A stretch of DNA of 64,000 bases from Thermoanaerobaculia bacterium (GCA_035263845.1 DATFQY010000222.1:3304-67303), one strand, 5' to 3'; shown: positions 44,515-54,258, numbered from the stretch's first letter. Numbers and translations are program-made. The notes: a model not told the origin generated them from the sequence alone.

Positions 44515-45954
44515 ATGAGCAGGATGGGTATCAAGTCCCGCCGGGCCGTAGCCCTGGTCACGGTCCTTTTCCTGCTCGTGGCGGGCGGGGTGCTGGCCCT
44601 CTACCTGACGTCCACCAGCCGGCGGGAGGTCACGACCTCCTCATCGGCCGCGTACGACGCCTACCGGTCGGGGGTGGATAACTTGCGTCGCTTCTATACG
44701 AAGGAAGCGAGGGTCGACTTCGCGCGAGCCCTCTCGCTGGATCCCAATTTCGCCATGGCGATGCTGCGCCTGGCGGGCCTCTCCAACCAGGACCAGTACA
44801 AGTCCCTGGTTGAGCGCGCTTCGAAGCTCCGCGGCCGCTTGAACGAGAGGGAGCGCCTGTGGGTGGACCTCTACATGACGGGCGAAAAAGGGAGCCGGGA
44901 GGAGAGACTCAAGATCGCCAAGGAGCTTCACGAGAAGTATCCCGACGACATCGACGCGGCGCACTGGCTCGCTGGGGACGAGATGGCCCAGGGCCGGACG
45001 GACGAAGCGATCCGGATCATGATGGGCCTTCTCGCCCAGGACCCCAACATCGCGGACGTCTACAACCAATGCGGCTACTACTACGCCTTCCGCGGGGAAT
45101 ACGAGAAGGCCGTCGAGAACGTCAAGAAGTACCAGTTCATGGCCCCCGACCAGGCCAATCCCTGGGACAGCCTCGGCGAAATCCAGGCCTACATGGGTCA
45201 TTACGACGAGGCGATCGCCAACCTCAACAAGGCTCTCTCGCTGAAGCCCGATTTCTTCGAGTCGCATTACCACCTTGGCGTCGCCTATGAAGGAAAGGGC
45301 CTGCCCGACAAGGCGATCGAGCAATACCTGGCTGCGGCGCAGGAAGCCCTGACCGACGGCAAGAGGATGGACCTTTACGCGTCGGTGATGCGGACCGGGA
45401 TCGTCTCCGAAAATGCGGCCGCCGTCCGCGACGCCGCACGGCGTGTCGCGCAGCTTCCGAAGAACAAGGACTCGGAAGTCTGGAACGCGTTCACGGAATC
45501 CGCCCTGGACCTGGCCGAGGGCCGTCCGGCAGGCGCCGAGAAGCGCCTCGCCGAGCTCCGTCCGCGGCTGCTCGAGCAATTCACGAAAGACAACCGCGAT
45601 CCGGAAAGGAAGCCCTTCTTCCCGGTCTGGAACGGGCTGATGGCGCTGGCGAAGGCCCGTCAGGGCAAGATCGACGAAGCGATCGCGCTCTACGAGCAAA
45701 ACGTCAATCCGCCCAATCGTGCCGACGCCTTCGAGGGCCGGCGCTCCATCTTCGAAGCCAGGGCGCGGCTCGCGGCCCTGCTCGCCAAGAAAGGCGACCT
45801 GGACCGCGCCGAGAAGCTCCTCGCGGAGAACAAGGCGTGGAACCCCAGCTGGGCCCCGACGCGCCCCGCCGAGCTCGTCGTGGAGCAGGCCCGGCGCGAC
45901 AAGGTCCTGGCCGCCGCCGCTGCAGACAACGGAGACCGCAAGGGCGCCCGCTGA
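44515..45954 (+). CDS. Membrane-anchored TPR-repeat protein
   Basis: It has an ATG after GGAGG and an N-terminal TM (AVALVTVLFLLVAGGVLALYL), followed by multiple TPR motifs. Confidence 0.8.
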   Translation: MSRMGIKSRRAVALVTVLFLLVAGGVLALYLTSTSRREVTTSSSAAYDAYRSGVDNLRRFYTKEARVDFARALSLDPNFAMAMLRLAGLSNQDQYKSLVERASKLRGRLNERERLWVDLYMTGEKGSREERLKIAKELHEKYPDDIDAAHWLAGDEMAQGRTDEAIRIMMGLLAQDPNIADVYNQCGYYYAFRGEYEKAVENVKKYQFMAPDQANPWDSLGEIQAYMGHYDEAIANLNKALSLKPDFFESHYHLGVAYEGKGLPDKAIEQYLAAAQEALTDGKRMDLYASVMRTGIVSENAAAVRDAARRVAQLPKNKDSEVWNAFTESALDLAEGRPAGAEKRLAELRPRLLEQFTKDNRDPERKPFFPVWNGLMALAKARQGKIDEAIALYEQNVNPPNRADAFEGRRSIFEARARLAALLAKKGDLDRAEKLLAENKAWNPSWAPTRPAELVVEQARRDKVLAAAAADNGDRKGAR

Positions 45955-45957
45955 CCC

Positions 45958-47457
45958 GTGCCGGATTTCCAGACCCAGCACAAGCTCCTTCTTCTCGAGA
46001 CCCTCTACGACGCCGGCCGCTCGCTCGGCTCGCTTCCCGATGAGGAGGCCCTGGTCGAGGACGTCCTCGGCCGCGCCGTCGGAGTCCTCGACGCCTCGCG
46101 CGGGTACCTCGCCACCTTCAACGAAGGCGGAGCGAGGCTGGCCGAGGCCCGCGTCGGATTTCCGAAGCGGCTCTCGGAGTCCACGGTCGCCGAGGACGAG
46201 TTCTTGGCCGACGTCCTCCGGGCCGACACGGCCCTCCAGAGGGAGAACTTCAAGCTGCTGCGGGTGGCGATCACGACGGCCGTGGGCGTGCCGATCCGGG
46301 CGGGCGCGCGGACCGTCGGGGTGCTGGTCCTCGCGGACAAGGAGCTGCGGCAGGGCGGGCGCATCGCGTTCGACGAGGACGACTCCCGGTTCCTGACCTC
46401 GCTTGCGGGACTGTGCGGAATGGCCATCGAGAACCGCCGGCACCTTGAGAAGCTGACGCGGGAGAGAGAGAGGCTCGAGGAAGAGAACCGGCGCCTGCTC
46501 GACGAGACCGGACGGGCCGCCGCGGGGCGTCTCTTCGTCGGAGATTCTCCCGCGGCCCGGCGGGTCCTCGACCTGATCGGCCGGGTCGCGCCGTCGCGGA
46601 CCTCGGTCCTCATCACGGGTGAGAGCGGCACGGGCAAAGAGCTCGTCGCTCGGATGATCCACGCGAGGAGCGATCGCGCCGAGAGGCCGTTCGTCGCGAT
46701 CAACTGCGCGGCCCTGCCAGAGTCGCTCCTGGAGTCCGAGCTCTTCGGCATCGAGCGCGGAGTGGCCACGGGTGTCGAGGCGCGGGCCGGGCGCTTCGAG
46801 GCGGCCAACGGCGGAACGCTCTTCCTCGACGAGGTCGGGGACATGCCGCTCTCGCTCCAGGCCAAGCTCCTGCGGGTCCTGCAGGAACGGGAGATCGAGC
46901 GCGTCGGCGGCAGAAGGCGGATGCCCATCGACGTTCGCGTTCTCGCCGCAACCAACGCGAGGCTTCCGGAGAAGATCGCCGCGGGAGAGTTCCGCGAGGA
47001 CCTCTACTACCGTCTCCGGGTCATCGAGATCGCGCTGCCGCCGCTGCGAGAGCGGCGCGAGGACATCCCGAGGCTCGCCCGGCATTTCCTTGAGCGCTTC
47101 GCCGCGCGGGAGGGGCGCGAGACGCCGACGATCGACCGCGAGGCCTTCGCCGCTCTCCTGTCTCATGACTACGCGGGCAACATCCGGGAGCTCGAGAACC
47201 TGCTCGAAGGCGCCGCCTCGCTCTGCCGCGGAGGCGTCATCCAGCTCGAGGATCTCCAGTGGCTGCCGGCCCGGGCGCCCGGACGGCCGGACGCGCTGCC
47301 GGAAGGCGAGTCCAGCGAGGTTCCGAACCTGGCCGCCCTCGAGGAGAGGCATATCCGCAGGGTGCTGAAGATGGCCGGTGGCAACAAGAGCCGCGCGGCC
47401 CGACTCCTGGGAATCAGCCGGAGAACGCTCTACCGAAAGAAGGTATTGAGCCGATAA
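45958..47457 (+). CDS. Sigma-54-dependent transcriptional activator with an N-terminal GAF sensor (GAF-AAA+-HTH, no receiver domain)
   Basis: The GAF region spans about residues 1-150. It has the Walker A motif GESGTGKE, the GAFTGA-equivalent motif ERGVATG, and ESELFG. The C-terminal Fis-type HTH is GGNKSRAARLLGISRRTLYRK. Its GTG start lies 4 nt after the upstream stop. Confidence 0.9.
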   Translation: MPDFQTQHKLLLLETLYDAGRSLGSLPDEEALVEDVLGRAVGVLDASRGYLATFNEGGARLAEARVGFPKRLSESTVAEDEFLADVLRADTALQRENFKLLRVAITTAVGVPIRAGARTVGVLVLADKELRQGGRIAFDEDDSRFLTSLAGLCGMAIENRRHLEKLTRERERLEEENRRLLDETGRAAAGRLFVGDSPAARRVLDLIGRVAPSRTSVLITGESGTGKELVARMIHARSDRAERPFVAINCAALPESLLESELFGIERGVATGVEARAGRFEAANGGTLFLDEVGDMPLSLQAKLLRVLQEREIERVGGRRRMPIDVRVLAATNARLPEKIAAGEFREDLYYRLRVIEIALPPLRERREDIPRLARHFLERFAAREGRETPTIDREAFAALLSHDYAGNIRELENLLEGAASLCRGGVIQLEDLQWLPARAPGRPDALPEGESSEVPNLAALEERHIRRVLKMAGGNKSRAARLLGISRRTLYRKKVLSR

Positions 47458-47580
47458 GTCGCAGTATCGAAAAGTCACGCTTTCTTATATAAGCATCTAA
47501 TAAAAAAGGAGTTATCTATTCATTGTCGTTCCTGACATTCGGAAAGTGTATCTTAATGGCACTATAATGACAAACCGTGC
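47458..47580. other. About 120-bp AT-rich island (about 35% GC in a roughly 70% GC background) containing AAAAAAGGAG and a TATAAT box
   Basis: It was read from the sequence. It lies between the sigma-54 activator gene and the partner-switching operon. Confidence 0.5.
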
Positions 47581-47885
47581 TCGCATCCCGAATTCGCGGC
47601 AAGCCCTTCTATTGCAAGCGCTTGCTCTCCTCGACCGTCCCGGCCGGGACGTGGCAGAGGGCTTGCCTTTCCCCTGCTCGAGCGAACATGAAAAGAACGC
47701 AGGCAGCCACCTTCGAATCGGCTTCGGCCCGCATCTCCGCCGCCGCGCGGCGGGAGCGGTCGGAGACTCGCGGACTGGCCTGGGCCCTGCTCGCCGCGGA
47801 AATCGGCGCCGTGTTCGCACTCTTCTCCTCGGGCCTGGTCCCGGCGACCGTCGTCCGCGCGCTCCAGGTCTTCCTGCGTTTTTAG
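47577..47885 (+). CDS. Possible small protein (102 aa) with a C-terminal hydrophobic helix, perhaps translated leaderlessly from a GTG 8 nt after a TATAAT box
   Basis: The ORF is MLASRIRGKPFYCKRLL...GLAWALLAAEIGAVFALFSSGLVPATVV.... It has no Shine-Dalgarno sequence. Its GC3 is lower than that of neighbouring genes, so the coding status is uncertain. Confidence 0.3.
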   Translation: MLASRIRGKPFYCKRLLSSTVPAGTWQRACLSPARANMKRTQAATFESASARISAAARRERSETRGLAWALLAAEIGAVFALFSSGLVPATVVRALQVFLRF

Positions 47886-48042
47886 GTCCAGACAGTGAGA
47901 CTCGGAAGCCCGGGCAGGGGACCCACGGGTCTCCTGACCCCCAGCCGCCGCCGTTTTGGCGATGCCGAGCCCAACCCGGCGCGAAAGAGCCGCGCGGTAT
48001 TCTCTGGCGACTTGACGCTGCGCGAACCCGGAGGCGCCTGAG

Positions 48043-48504
48043 ATGTCTGGGCGAGAATCGGCCCGGATGAGCGTGGACTCGACGGGCGCGCGGGAGATCT
48101 CCCTGACGATCCCGGTCGCCCCGGACATGGAGATCGTCGCGACCGCGCAGGCGGCGGCGCTGGGCGAGTTCATCGAGATGGCCCACGATAAGATCGACGA
48201 GGTCAAGCTCGCTCTCGTGGAGGCCTGCATCAACGCCTTTGAGCACGCTCACGCTCGGGACGACCGGCTGCACCTGACGTTTCGCGTCGGCCGGGAAGAC
48301 GAGCGCGACTACCTCGAGGTCGAGGTGCTGGACCGCGGGACGGGCTTCGACCAGGCCTCCGTCGAGCCGCCCTCGGCGGAGAAGACGTTCCAGGGCCGGC
48401 AGAAGCGGGGCTGGGGCCTTCAGATCATGCGGAGCCTGATGGATTCGGTGGACATTTCGTCGGGGCAGGGAGGGACGCGGATCCTCATGAGGAAGTACAA
48501 GTGA
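48043..48504 (+). CDS. Anti-sigma-factor-type serine protein kinase (RsbW/SpoIIAB-like, GHKL ATPase)
   Basis: It has HATPase_c motifs (EACINAFEHAH...EVEVLDRGTGFD...GWGLQIM) and an ATG after GGAGG. Confidence 0.85.
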   Translation: MSGRESARMSVDSTGAREISLTIPVAPDMEIVATAQAAALGEFIEMAHDKIDEVKLALVEACINAFEHAHARDDRLHLTFRVGREDERDYLEVEVLDRGTGFDQASVEPPSAEKTFQGRQKRGWGLQIMRSLMDSVDISSGQGGTRILMRKYK

Positions 48505-48854
48505 GCGAGGTCTGCAGGGTCGCCGCGGAGCGGCGCGGAGACGTGGCCGTCCTTTCGACGGACGGCTACATCAACAACCAGGGGGGCGAGGAAATCGCGC
48601 GCCAGGCGTACGCGCAGCTGGAATCCGGCGCGCGGGCGCTGGTCCTGAACCTGGAGAAGACGCGCATCGTCAACTCGATCGGCATCTCGATCCTGATCGA
48701 GGTCCTCGAGAAGGTCATGGACCGCAAGGGGCAGCTCGCCTTCTGCTGCCTGACGCCGACGATCGACAAGACGTTTCGGATCATGGGACTGGCCCAGTAC
48801 GCGTCGATCTACCCGACCGAAGCGGAAGCCGTTCGGGCCGTCGCGGCGGCGTGA
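48501..48854 (+). CDS. STAS-domain anti-sigma-factor antagonist (RsbV/SpoIIAA-like)
   Basis: It has a STAS fold signature with a conserved phosphorylatable Ser in 'RIVNSIGISILIEV'. Its GTG start overlaps the upstream stop. Confidence 0.85.
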   Translation: MSEVCRVAAERRGDVAVLSTDGYINNQGGEEIARQAYAQLESGARALVLNLEKTRIVNSIGISILIEVLEKVMDRKGQLAFCCLTPTIDKTFRIMGLAQYASIYPTEAEAVRAVAAA

Positions 48855-50491
48855 CCGAGTCGCCTTCCACTCCCGCCGCCTCCCGTCTCGCGGGTCTCTG
48901 GAAGGCGCTCGAGGAGCCGCTGGCGGGCTCCGATCTTCCCCTTCCCGCCCGGCTGGCGGCGGCGGCGCTGCGATGCAGCGGGGCGCGTCGCGCGGCGATC
49001 TACCTGCCGGAGAAAGAAAGCTGGGTCCGCTCCGCCGTCTCCGGGGACGGCGGCGAGGACGAGCTGCCCGAATCGCTCGACCCTGAGGAACGCCGCACGG
49101 AGCTCGTCCTTGTGCCGCTGACGGCCGAGGGTGAGGTCCACGGCCAGCTCGCCCTGGAGGGTTTGCCCGGCGGCGACGGCGGCGGGATCGCTCCGGTCCT
49201 CGGAGTCCTGCTGGGCGGGCTGCTGGCCGCGCACCGCTACAGCCGGCAGGTCAAGGAAGCGGACTTCGAGGTCCGCACGCGGCTGGTCGAGCTCGAGTCC
49301 CTCTACGACCTGGGCCTCTCGCTCGGCGGACAGCTCGAGGTTTCCGCTCTCGCCGACGAGGTGCTCTTCCGCTCGATCTCGCTGACGGACGCGGGCAAGG
49401 GGACCCTCGTCCTCTTCCACGAGGACGGCCGGCTTCTTCTCGAGCGGAGCCTCGGCGAGCAGCTGCTGCCGGCCGAGCTCTTCGCGACGTGGGAGCTTCC
49501 CGAGGGCGATGCCGTCATCAACAACGCCGCCGCCTCCGTTCCGACGGCCGGGGTTCGGCTGGCCTCCTGCGTGAAGTGCCTCGCCGTGCCGATCTCCGTC
49601 GGCGGGCGGCGGCTGGGCGTGCTCGCGGTCGCCGACAAGGAGTCGAGGGACGGCAGCGTCCTCGACTTCACTCCGGCCGACGCGCGGCTGCTCTCCCTCT
49701 TCGCCAACCAGGCCGCGGCGGCGATCGAGACGGCGCGGCTGCACCGCGCGGCGATCGAGAAGGAGAGGATCGAGCGGGAGCTGGAGCTGGCCGCCGCGAT
49801 CCAGCGGGAGATCCTTCCGAGGTCCCTGCCGGAGGTCGCGGGCGTGGAGCTCGCGGCGGCGAGCCTTCCCACGCGGCAGGTCGGCGGCGACTACTACGAC
49901 CTCTTTCCATTGTCGCGGGGACGGCTCGGGTTCCTCGTCGCGGACGTTTCCGGAAAGGGGATCCCGGCGGCTCTGCTCGTGTCCACGGTCCACGCCGCGG
50001 TGCACCTGCAGATCGACGAGGCGAAGACCGTGGTCGAGCTCGTGGAGCGCATCGACCGGCATCTGCGGCGCTACGCCGCGACCCGCAAGTTCCTCACGCT
50101 CTTCTTCGGCCTGATCGAGCCCTCGGAGGGAAGGCTGACCTACGTGTCGGCCGGCCACAACCCCGCGCTCTTGATCCGCGGGGCCGGGAGAATCGAGACG
50201 CTCGGCTCGACGGGCGTGCCCGTCGGCATGTTCCCTGACGCCGCTTGGAAGGAGGTCACCGTCGCGCTCTCCGCCGGCGACCTTCTCTGCGTCTTCACGG
50301 ACGGGCTGACGGAGGCCGTCAACACCCGCGAGGAGGAGTTCGGGCTCGACCGCCTCTCCGCGGTCGTCGCGGCGGGCCTGCGAAAGCCGCTGCCCGAGGT
50401 CGCGGACCGGGTGTTCGCGGACGTCGCGGACTTCGCGCGAGAGATGCCGCAGTACGACGACCAGACGCTGCTCCTCGTGCGCCGGGCGTGA
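48851..50491 (+). CDS. GAF-GAF-PP2C (SpoIIE-type) phosphatase, RsbU/RsbP-like
   Basis: It has two GAF-like regions followed by PP2C motifs (GGDYYDLF, ADVSGKGIPAALLVSTVHA, FTDGLTEA, QYDDQTLLLV). Its GTG start overlaps the upstream stop. Confidence 0.85.
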   Translation: MTESPSTPAASRLAGLWKALEEPLAGSDLPLPARLAAAALRCSGARRAAIYLPEKESWVRSAVSGDGGEDELPESLDPEERRTELVLVPLTAEGEVHGQLALEGLPGGDGGGIAPVLGVLLGGLLAAHRYSRQVKEADFEVRTRLVELESLYDLGLSLGGQLEVSALADEVLFRSISLTDAGKGTLVLFHEDGRLLLERSLGEQLLPAELFATWELPEGDAVINNAAASVPTAGVRLASCVKCLAVPISVGGRRLGVLAVADKESRDGSVLDFTPADARLLSLFANQAAAAIETARLHRAAIEKERIERELELAAAIQREILPRSLPEVAGVELAAASLPTRQVGGDYYDLFPLSRGRLGFLVADVSGKGIPAALLVSTVHAAVHLQIDEAKTVVELVERIDRHLRRYAATRKFLTLFFGLIEPSEGRLTYVSAGHNPALLIRGAGRIETLGSTGVPVGMFPDAAWKEVTVALSAGDLLCVFTDGLTEAVNTREEEFGLDRLSAVVAAGLRKPLPEVADRVFADVADFAREMPQYDDQTLLLVRRA

Positions 50492-50537
50492 GCGGGAGGC
50501 CAGCGGGCCTCTCCACTCGACGGGTTAAGATCAGCCG

Positions 50538-52226
50538 GTGAGTTTCTTCTGCGGCCTGGCCCTTTCCCTGCTGGCCGCGGTCGTCCCCCAGGGCTCGGAC
50601 TCCGGGCTGCTCCTGGAGGGCGCGACCGTCTACGTTTCCGCCGCCGAGAAGCCGGCGAAGAAGGCCGTTCTCGTCCGGGACGGGAAGATCGCATTCGTCG
50701 GCGACGCCGCGGAGGCAAGGAAGCTCGCTCCCTCGGCGACCCGCGTGGACATTACGGGGACGTTCCTCTTCCCGGGCTGGGCGGACGCCCATGGCCACCT
50801 CGAGGGCCTCGGCAAGGCGCTGGAAACGGCTGACCTTCGCGGCTCGGCCAGCGCGGCGGAGGCCGCGAAGCGGATGGCGGCCGCCGCGGCTTCGCTTCCC
50901 GCGGGAAGCTGGGCGGAAGGGCGCGCGTGGGACCAGAACCGCTTCCCGGGCCAGGCTTTCCCCGACGCGCGGGACCTCGACGCAACCCTGCCCGACCGGC
51001 CCGCGGCCGCCCGGAGGGTGGACGGCCACGCGCTGTGGGTCAATTCCGCGGCCCTGAGGGCCGCCGGCGTGGATGCTTCGACGAAGGACCCGGACGGCGG
51101 CCGCATCCTCCGCCGGCCGGACGGAAGCCCGTCGGGAGTTTTCGTGGACCGCGCCATGGGCCTGATCGACGCGGCGATGCCGCGCGCCTCCCATGCGGAC
51201 TTCGAGCGGCGCATCCTCGCCGCGACCCGTGCCTGCGCGAAGCGGGGGCTGACGGAAGTCCAGGACGCCTCCCGCTATGGGCCGGAGCAGATCGCCGGGC
51301 TCGTGAAGCTCGCGGACGCGGGGGAGCTCCCGATCCGCGTCTACGCCACCGTCTCCGCCGACGCGTCTGTCCTCCCGGCCTTTATCGCGAAGGGAACGCG
51401 GATTGGCAAGGGGAGCGACTTCCTGACCGTCCGGGCGATCAAGGTCCTCGCCGACGGCGCGCTCGGGAGCCGGGGCGCGGCGATGCTTTCGGACTACTCC
51501 GACGAGCCCGGGAACCGCGGCCTCCTCGTGACGCCTCCGGAGAGGCTCGACGAGGTCGCCCTGGACGCGCGCAAGAACGGCTGGCAGCTCTGGGTCCACG
51601 CGATCGGGGACCGCGGCAACCGGCTCGCGCTCGACGCCTACGCGAAGGCCGCCGCGGCCGTGCCGCAGGCGCCCGCCGGCGGGACTCGCCCGCGCATCGA
51701 GCACGCGCAGATCCTCGCGGCCTCCGACATCCCGAGGTTCTCGCGCGAGGGGGTCATCGCGTCCATCCAGCCGACCCACGCGACCTCCGACATGCCGTGG
51801 GCGGAGAAACGGGTCGGGCCCGACCGCATCGCCGGCGCCTACGCCTGGCGAAAGCTCAAGAACACCGGAGCGCGCCTGGCCGGCGGCAGCGACTTCCCGG
51901 TGGAATCGGAGAACCCGCTCCTGGGTTTCTACGCCGCGGTGACGCGGCAGGACCTGGACGGGAAGCCTCCGGGCGGCTGGCTGCCGGGGGAGAGGCTGAC
52001 GCGTTCCGAGGCGCTCGCCCTCTTCACCTCCGACGCGGCGTACGCCGCCTTCGAGGAGGACCGGCGGGGCCGCGTCGCTCCAGGCTTCGAGGCGGACCTC
52101 ACGATCCTGCCCCGCGATCCCATGACCGTTGCCGAGAGGGAGATGCCCGGCATCGCGCCGATCCTGACGATCGTCGGCGGGCGGGTGTCGTGGGGTCGGG
52201 GGCTTTCCGGAGAGAAGGCGCCTTGA
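50538..52226 (+). CDS. Amidohydrolase-3 family metal-dependent hydrolase (YtcJ-like), probably exported
   Basis: It has a GTG start and a hydrophobic N-terminus (FFCGLALSLLAAVVP). It has an HGH motif (WADAHGHLEG) and C-terminal amidohydrolase_3 motifs. Confidence 0.8.
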   Translation: MSFFCGLALSLLAAVVPQGSDSGLLLEGATVYVSAAEKPAKKAVLVRDGKIAFVGDAAEARKLAPSATRVDITGTFLFPGWADAHGHLEGLGKALETADLRGSASAAEAAKRMAAAAASLPAGSWAEGRAWDQNRFPGQAFPDARDLDATLPDRPAAARRVDGHALWVNSAALRAAGVDASTKDPDGGRILRRPDGSPSGVFVDRAMGLIDAAMPRASHADFERRILAATRACAKRGLTEVQDASRYGPEQIAGLVKLADAGELPIRVYATVSADASVLPAFIAKGTRIGKGSDFLTVRAIKVLADGALGSRGAAMLSDYSDEPGNRGLLVTPPERLDEVALDARKNGWQLWVHAIGDRGNRLALDAYAKAAAAVPQAPAGGTRPRIEHAQILAASDIPRFSREGVIASIQPTHATSDMPWAEKRVGPDRIAGAYAWRKLKNTGARLAGGSDFPVESENPLLGFYAAVTRQDLDGKPPGGWLPGERLTRSEALALFTSDAAYAAFEEDRRGRVAPGFEADLTILPRDPMTVAEREMPGIAPILTIVGGRVSWGRGLSGEKAP

Positions 52227-52981
52227 GAGGTCGGAGGGTGGCGCTATCCTTTCTCTTCGCCGCCTGTCTCCCGATGGCCTGCGGCGAGCAGAAGGCGGCG
52301 GCTCCGAAATTGACACCGACGGCCGGCGACGGCGACGCCGAACGGCGCGCGAAGATGGTCGAGAGCCAGATCGTGGCCAGGGGAGTCCGCGACCCGCGGG
52401 TCCTCGCCGCGATGCGGGAGGTCCCGCGCCACCTCTTCGTTCCCGCGACGGAGGCTCCCCACGCCTACGAGGACCACCCGCTGCCGATCGGCGGCAACCA
52501 GACCATCTCGCAGCCCTACATCGTCGCGCTGATGACGGAGCTCGCGGAGATCGGGCCCGAGGAGAAGGCGCTCGAGATCGGGACCGGGTCCGGCTACCAG
52601 AGCGCGGTGCTTGCCCGCCTGGCCCGCGAGGTCTACTCGATCGAGATCGTGCCGGAGCTCGCGCGCGACTCCGCCGAGCGCCTGAAGAAGCTCGGCTACA
52701 ACAACGTCCTCGTCCGCGAGGGGGACGGCTACCGCGGCTGGCCGGAACAGGCGCCCTTCGACGCGATCATCGTGACGGCCGCTCCGGACCGGATCCCGCA
52801 GCCGCTGCTCGACCAGCTCGCCCCGGGCGGGCGAATGGTGATCCCGGTCGGCAGTTTCTTCCAGGAGCTCAAGGTGCTCTCCAAGGACAAGAACGGCAAG
52901 ATCACGGAGAAGGACATCCTCCCCGTGCGCTTCGTCCCGATGACCGGGGAGGTCGAGAAGACGCCCGCGAAACCGGAGTGA
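52223..52981 (+). CDS. pcm: Protein-L-isoaspartate O-methyltransferase
   Basis: It has the SAM motif LEIGTGSGYQSAVLA and PCMT family motifs (TISQPYIVALM, DAIIVTAA). The start is uncertain. A TTG at 52223 gives a lipoprotein-like leader, and an ATG at 52274 is the alternative. Confidence 0.75.
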   Translation: MRGRRVALSFLFAACLPMACGEQKAAAPKLTPTAGDGDAERRAKMVESQIVARGVRDPRVLAAMREVPRHLFVPATEAPHAYEDHPLPIGGNQTISQPYIVALMTELAEIGPEEKALEIGTGSGYQSAVLARLAREVYSIEIVPELARDSAERLKKLGYNNVLVREGDGYRGWPEQAPFDAIIVTAAPDRIPQPLLDQLAPGGRMVIPVGSFFQELKVLSKDKNGKITEKDILPVRFVPMTGEVEKTPAKPE

Positions 52982-54258
52982 GCCGGCCCGAGTTCCAGCC
53001 GGGCGGCGTTCTGCCGGACGGCACCGCGCCACGCCCCTCGCGGATGGTCCGGACGTTCCGGGCGTTCACCTATCGGGACTACCGCCTCCTCTGGGCCGGC
53101 GCGTTCACCTCGAGCGTCGGCACGTGGATGCAGGAGGTCGCGCAGAACTGGCTGATCCTGACGATGACGGGGTCGGCCTTCCTGCTCGGCCTCGACGCGT
53201 TCCTCGGCGACGCGCCCTTCCTCGCCTTTTCCCTCTTCGGCGGAGTCCTCGCCGACCGCGTGGACCGCCGCCGGATCCTCCTGACGTCGCAGTTCGTCCA
53301 GCTCTCCTCGGCGTTTCTTCTGGCGGGGCTGATCTGGGGGCACGCGATCCAGGTCTGGACGATCCTGACGCTTTCCTTCGTCGTCGGCTTCGCGCAGTCC
53401 TTCGGGGGGCCCGCATACCAGGCGCTGGTGCCGACGCTCGTGGACAAGCCGGACCTCCCCAACGCGGTGGCGCTCAACTCGATCCAGTTCAACCTCGCGC
53501 GGATCATCGGCCCGGTGCTGGCGGGCCTCGCCTTCTACAAGTTCGGCGCGGCCGCCTGCTTCGCGTTGAACGGCGTCTCGTTCCTCGCGGTCATCGCGGC
53601 GCTCTTCTCCCTCAAGCGCGGGGCGCTCGAGTCGGGAGGAGAGAAGGCGGAGCCGTTCCGGGAGAGCCTCAAGGCGGGACTGCGGGCCGTGCGGGATGGC
53701 ACGGCGCTGCGCGGCCTGATCGGCCTGGCGTTCGTCGGGAGCTTCTGCGCGATGCCGCTCGTGACCTTCCTGCCGGTCTTCGCGCAGAAGGTCTTCCACC
53801 GCGACGCCAAGGGGTACGCGACCCTGCTCGCCGCGTTCGGCATCGGGGCGGTCGTCGGCGCCGTCGGCATCGCGGGATTCGGCCACGTGCGGCGCAAGGG
53901 AATGCTGGCCGTCGCGATGCAGTCGGCCTTCGGCCTGCTGATGATCGCCTTCGCCGTCTCGAGGAACCCGGCCGTTTCCTACGCGATCCTCTTCGCGGCC
54001 GGCGCCGCCCTGATGATCGTCTTCGCGATGTTCATGACGCTCGTTCAGGCCAACGTCGAGGACCGGCTCCGAGGGCGCGTCGTCTCCGTCTACACGCTGG
54101 CGTTCCGCGGGGCGATGCCCCTGGGCAACCTGGCGGCGGGCGCGCTGGCGAGCTGGCTGACCGCACCGAAGGTCCTGATCCTCGACGGAATCGTCCTCGT
54201 CCTGATGGGAGCGGTCGTGCTCGCCCGCCACCGAACCGCGGGCGTGACCTCCCTCTAG
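52978..54258 (+). CDS. MFS transporter
   Basis: It has 12 hydrophobic segments and an MFS motif (GGVLADRVDRRRIL). The alternative start is the ATG at 53044. Confidence 0.8.
   Translation: MSRPEFQPGGVLPDGTAPRPSRMVRTFRAFTYRDYRLLWAGAFTSSVGTWMQEVAQNWLILTMTGSAFLLGLDAFLGDAPFLAFSLFGGVLADRVDRRRILLTSQFVQLSSAFLLAGLIWGHAIQVWTILTLSFVVGFAQSFGGPAYQALVPTLVDKPDLPNAVALNSIQFNLARIIGPVLAGLAFYKFGAAACFALNGVSFLAVIAALFSLKRGALESGGEKAEPFRESLKAGLRAVRDGTALRGLIGLAFVGSFCAMPLVTFLPVFAQKVFHRDAKGYATLLAAFGIGAVVGAVGIAGFGHVRRKGMLAVAMQSAFGLLMIAFAVSRNPAVSYAILFAAGAALMIVFAMFMTLVQANVEDRLRGRVVSVYTLAFRGAMPLGNLAAGALASWLTAPKVLILDGIVLVLMGAVVLARHRTAGVTSL

Noticed and set aside
44641-47478. 945 aa minus-strand ORF spanning the TPR and sigma-54 activator genes
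   Set aside because: It is antisense to two genes that have Shine-Dalgarno sites and domains. It is a shadow ORF.
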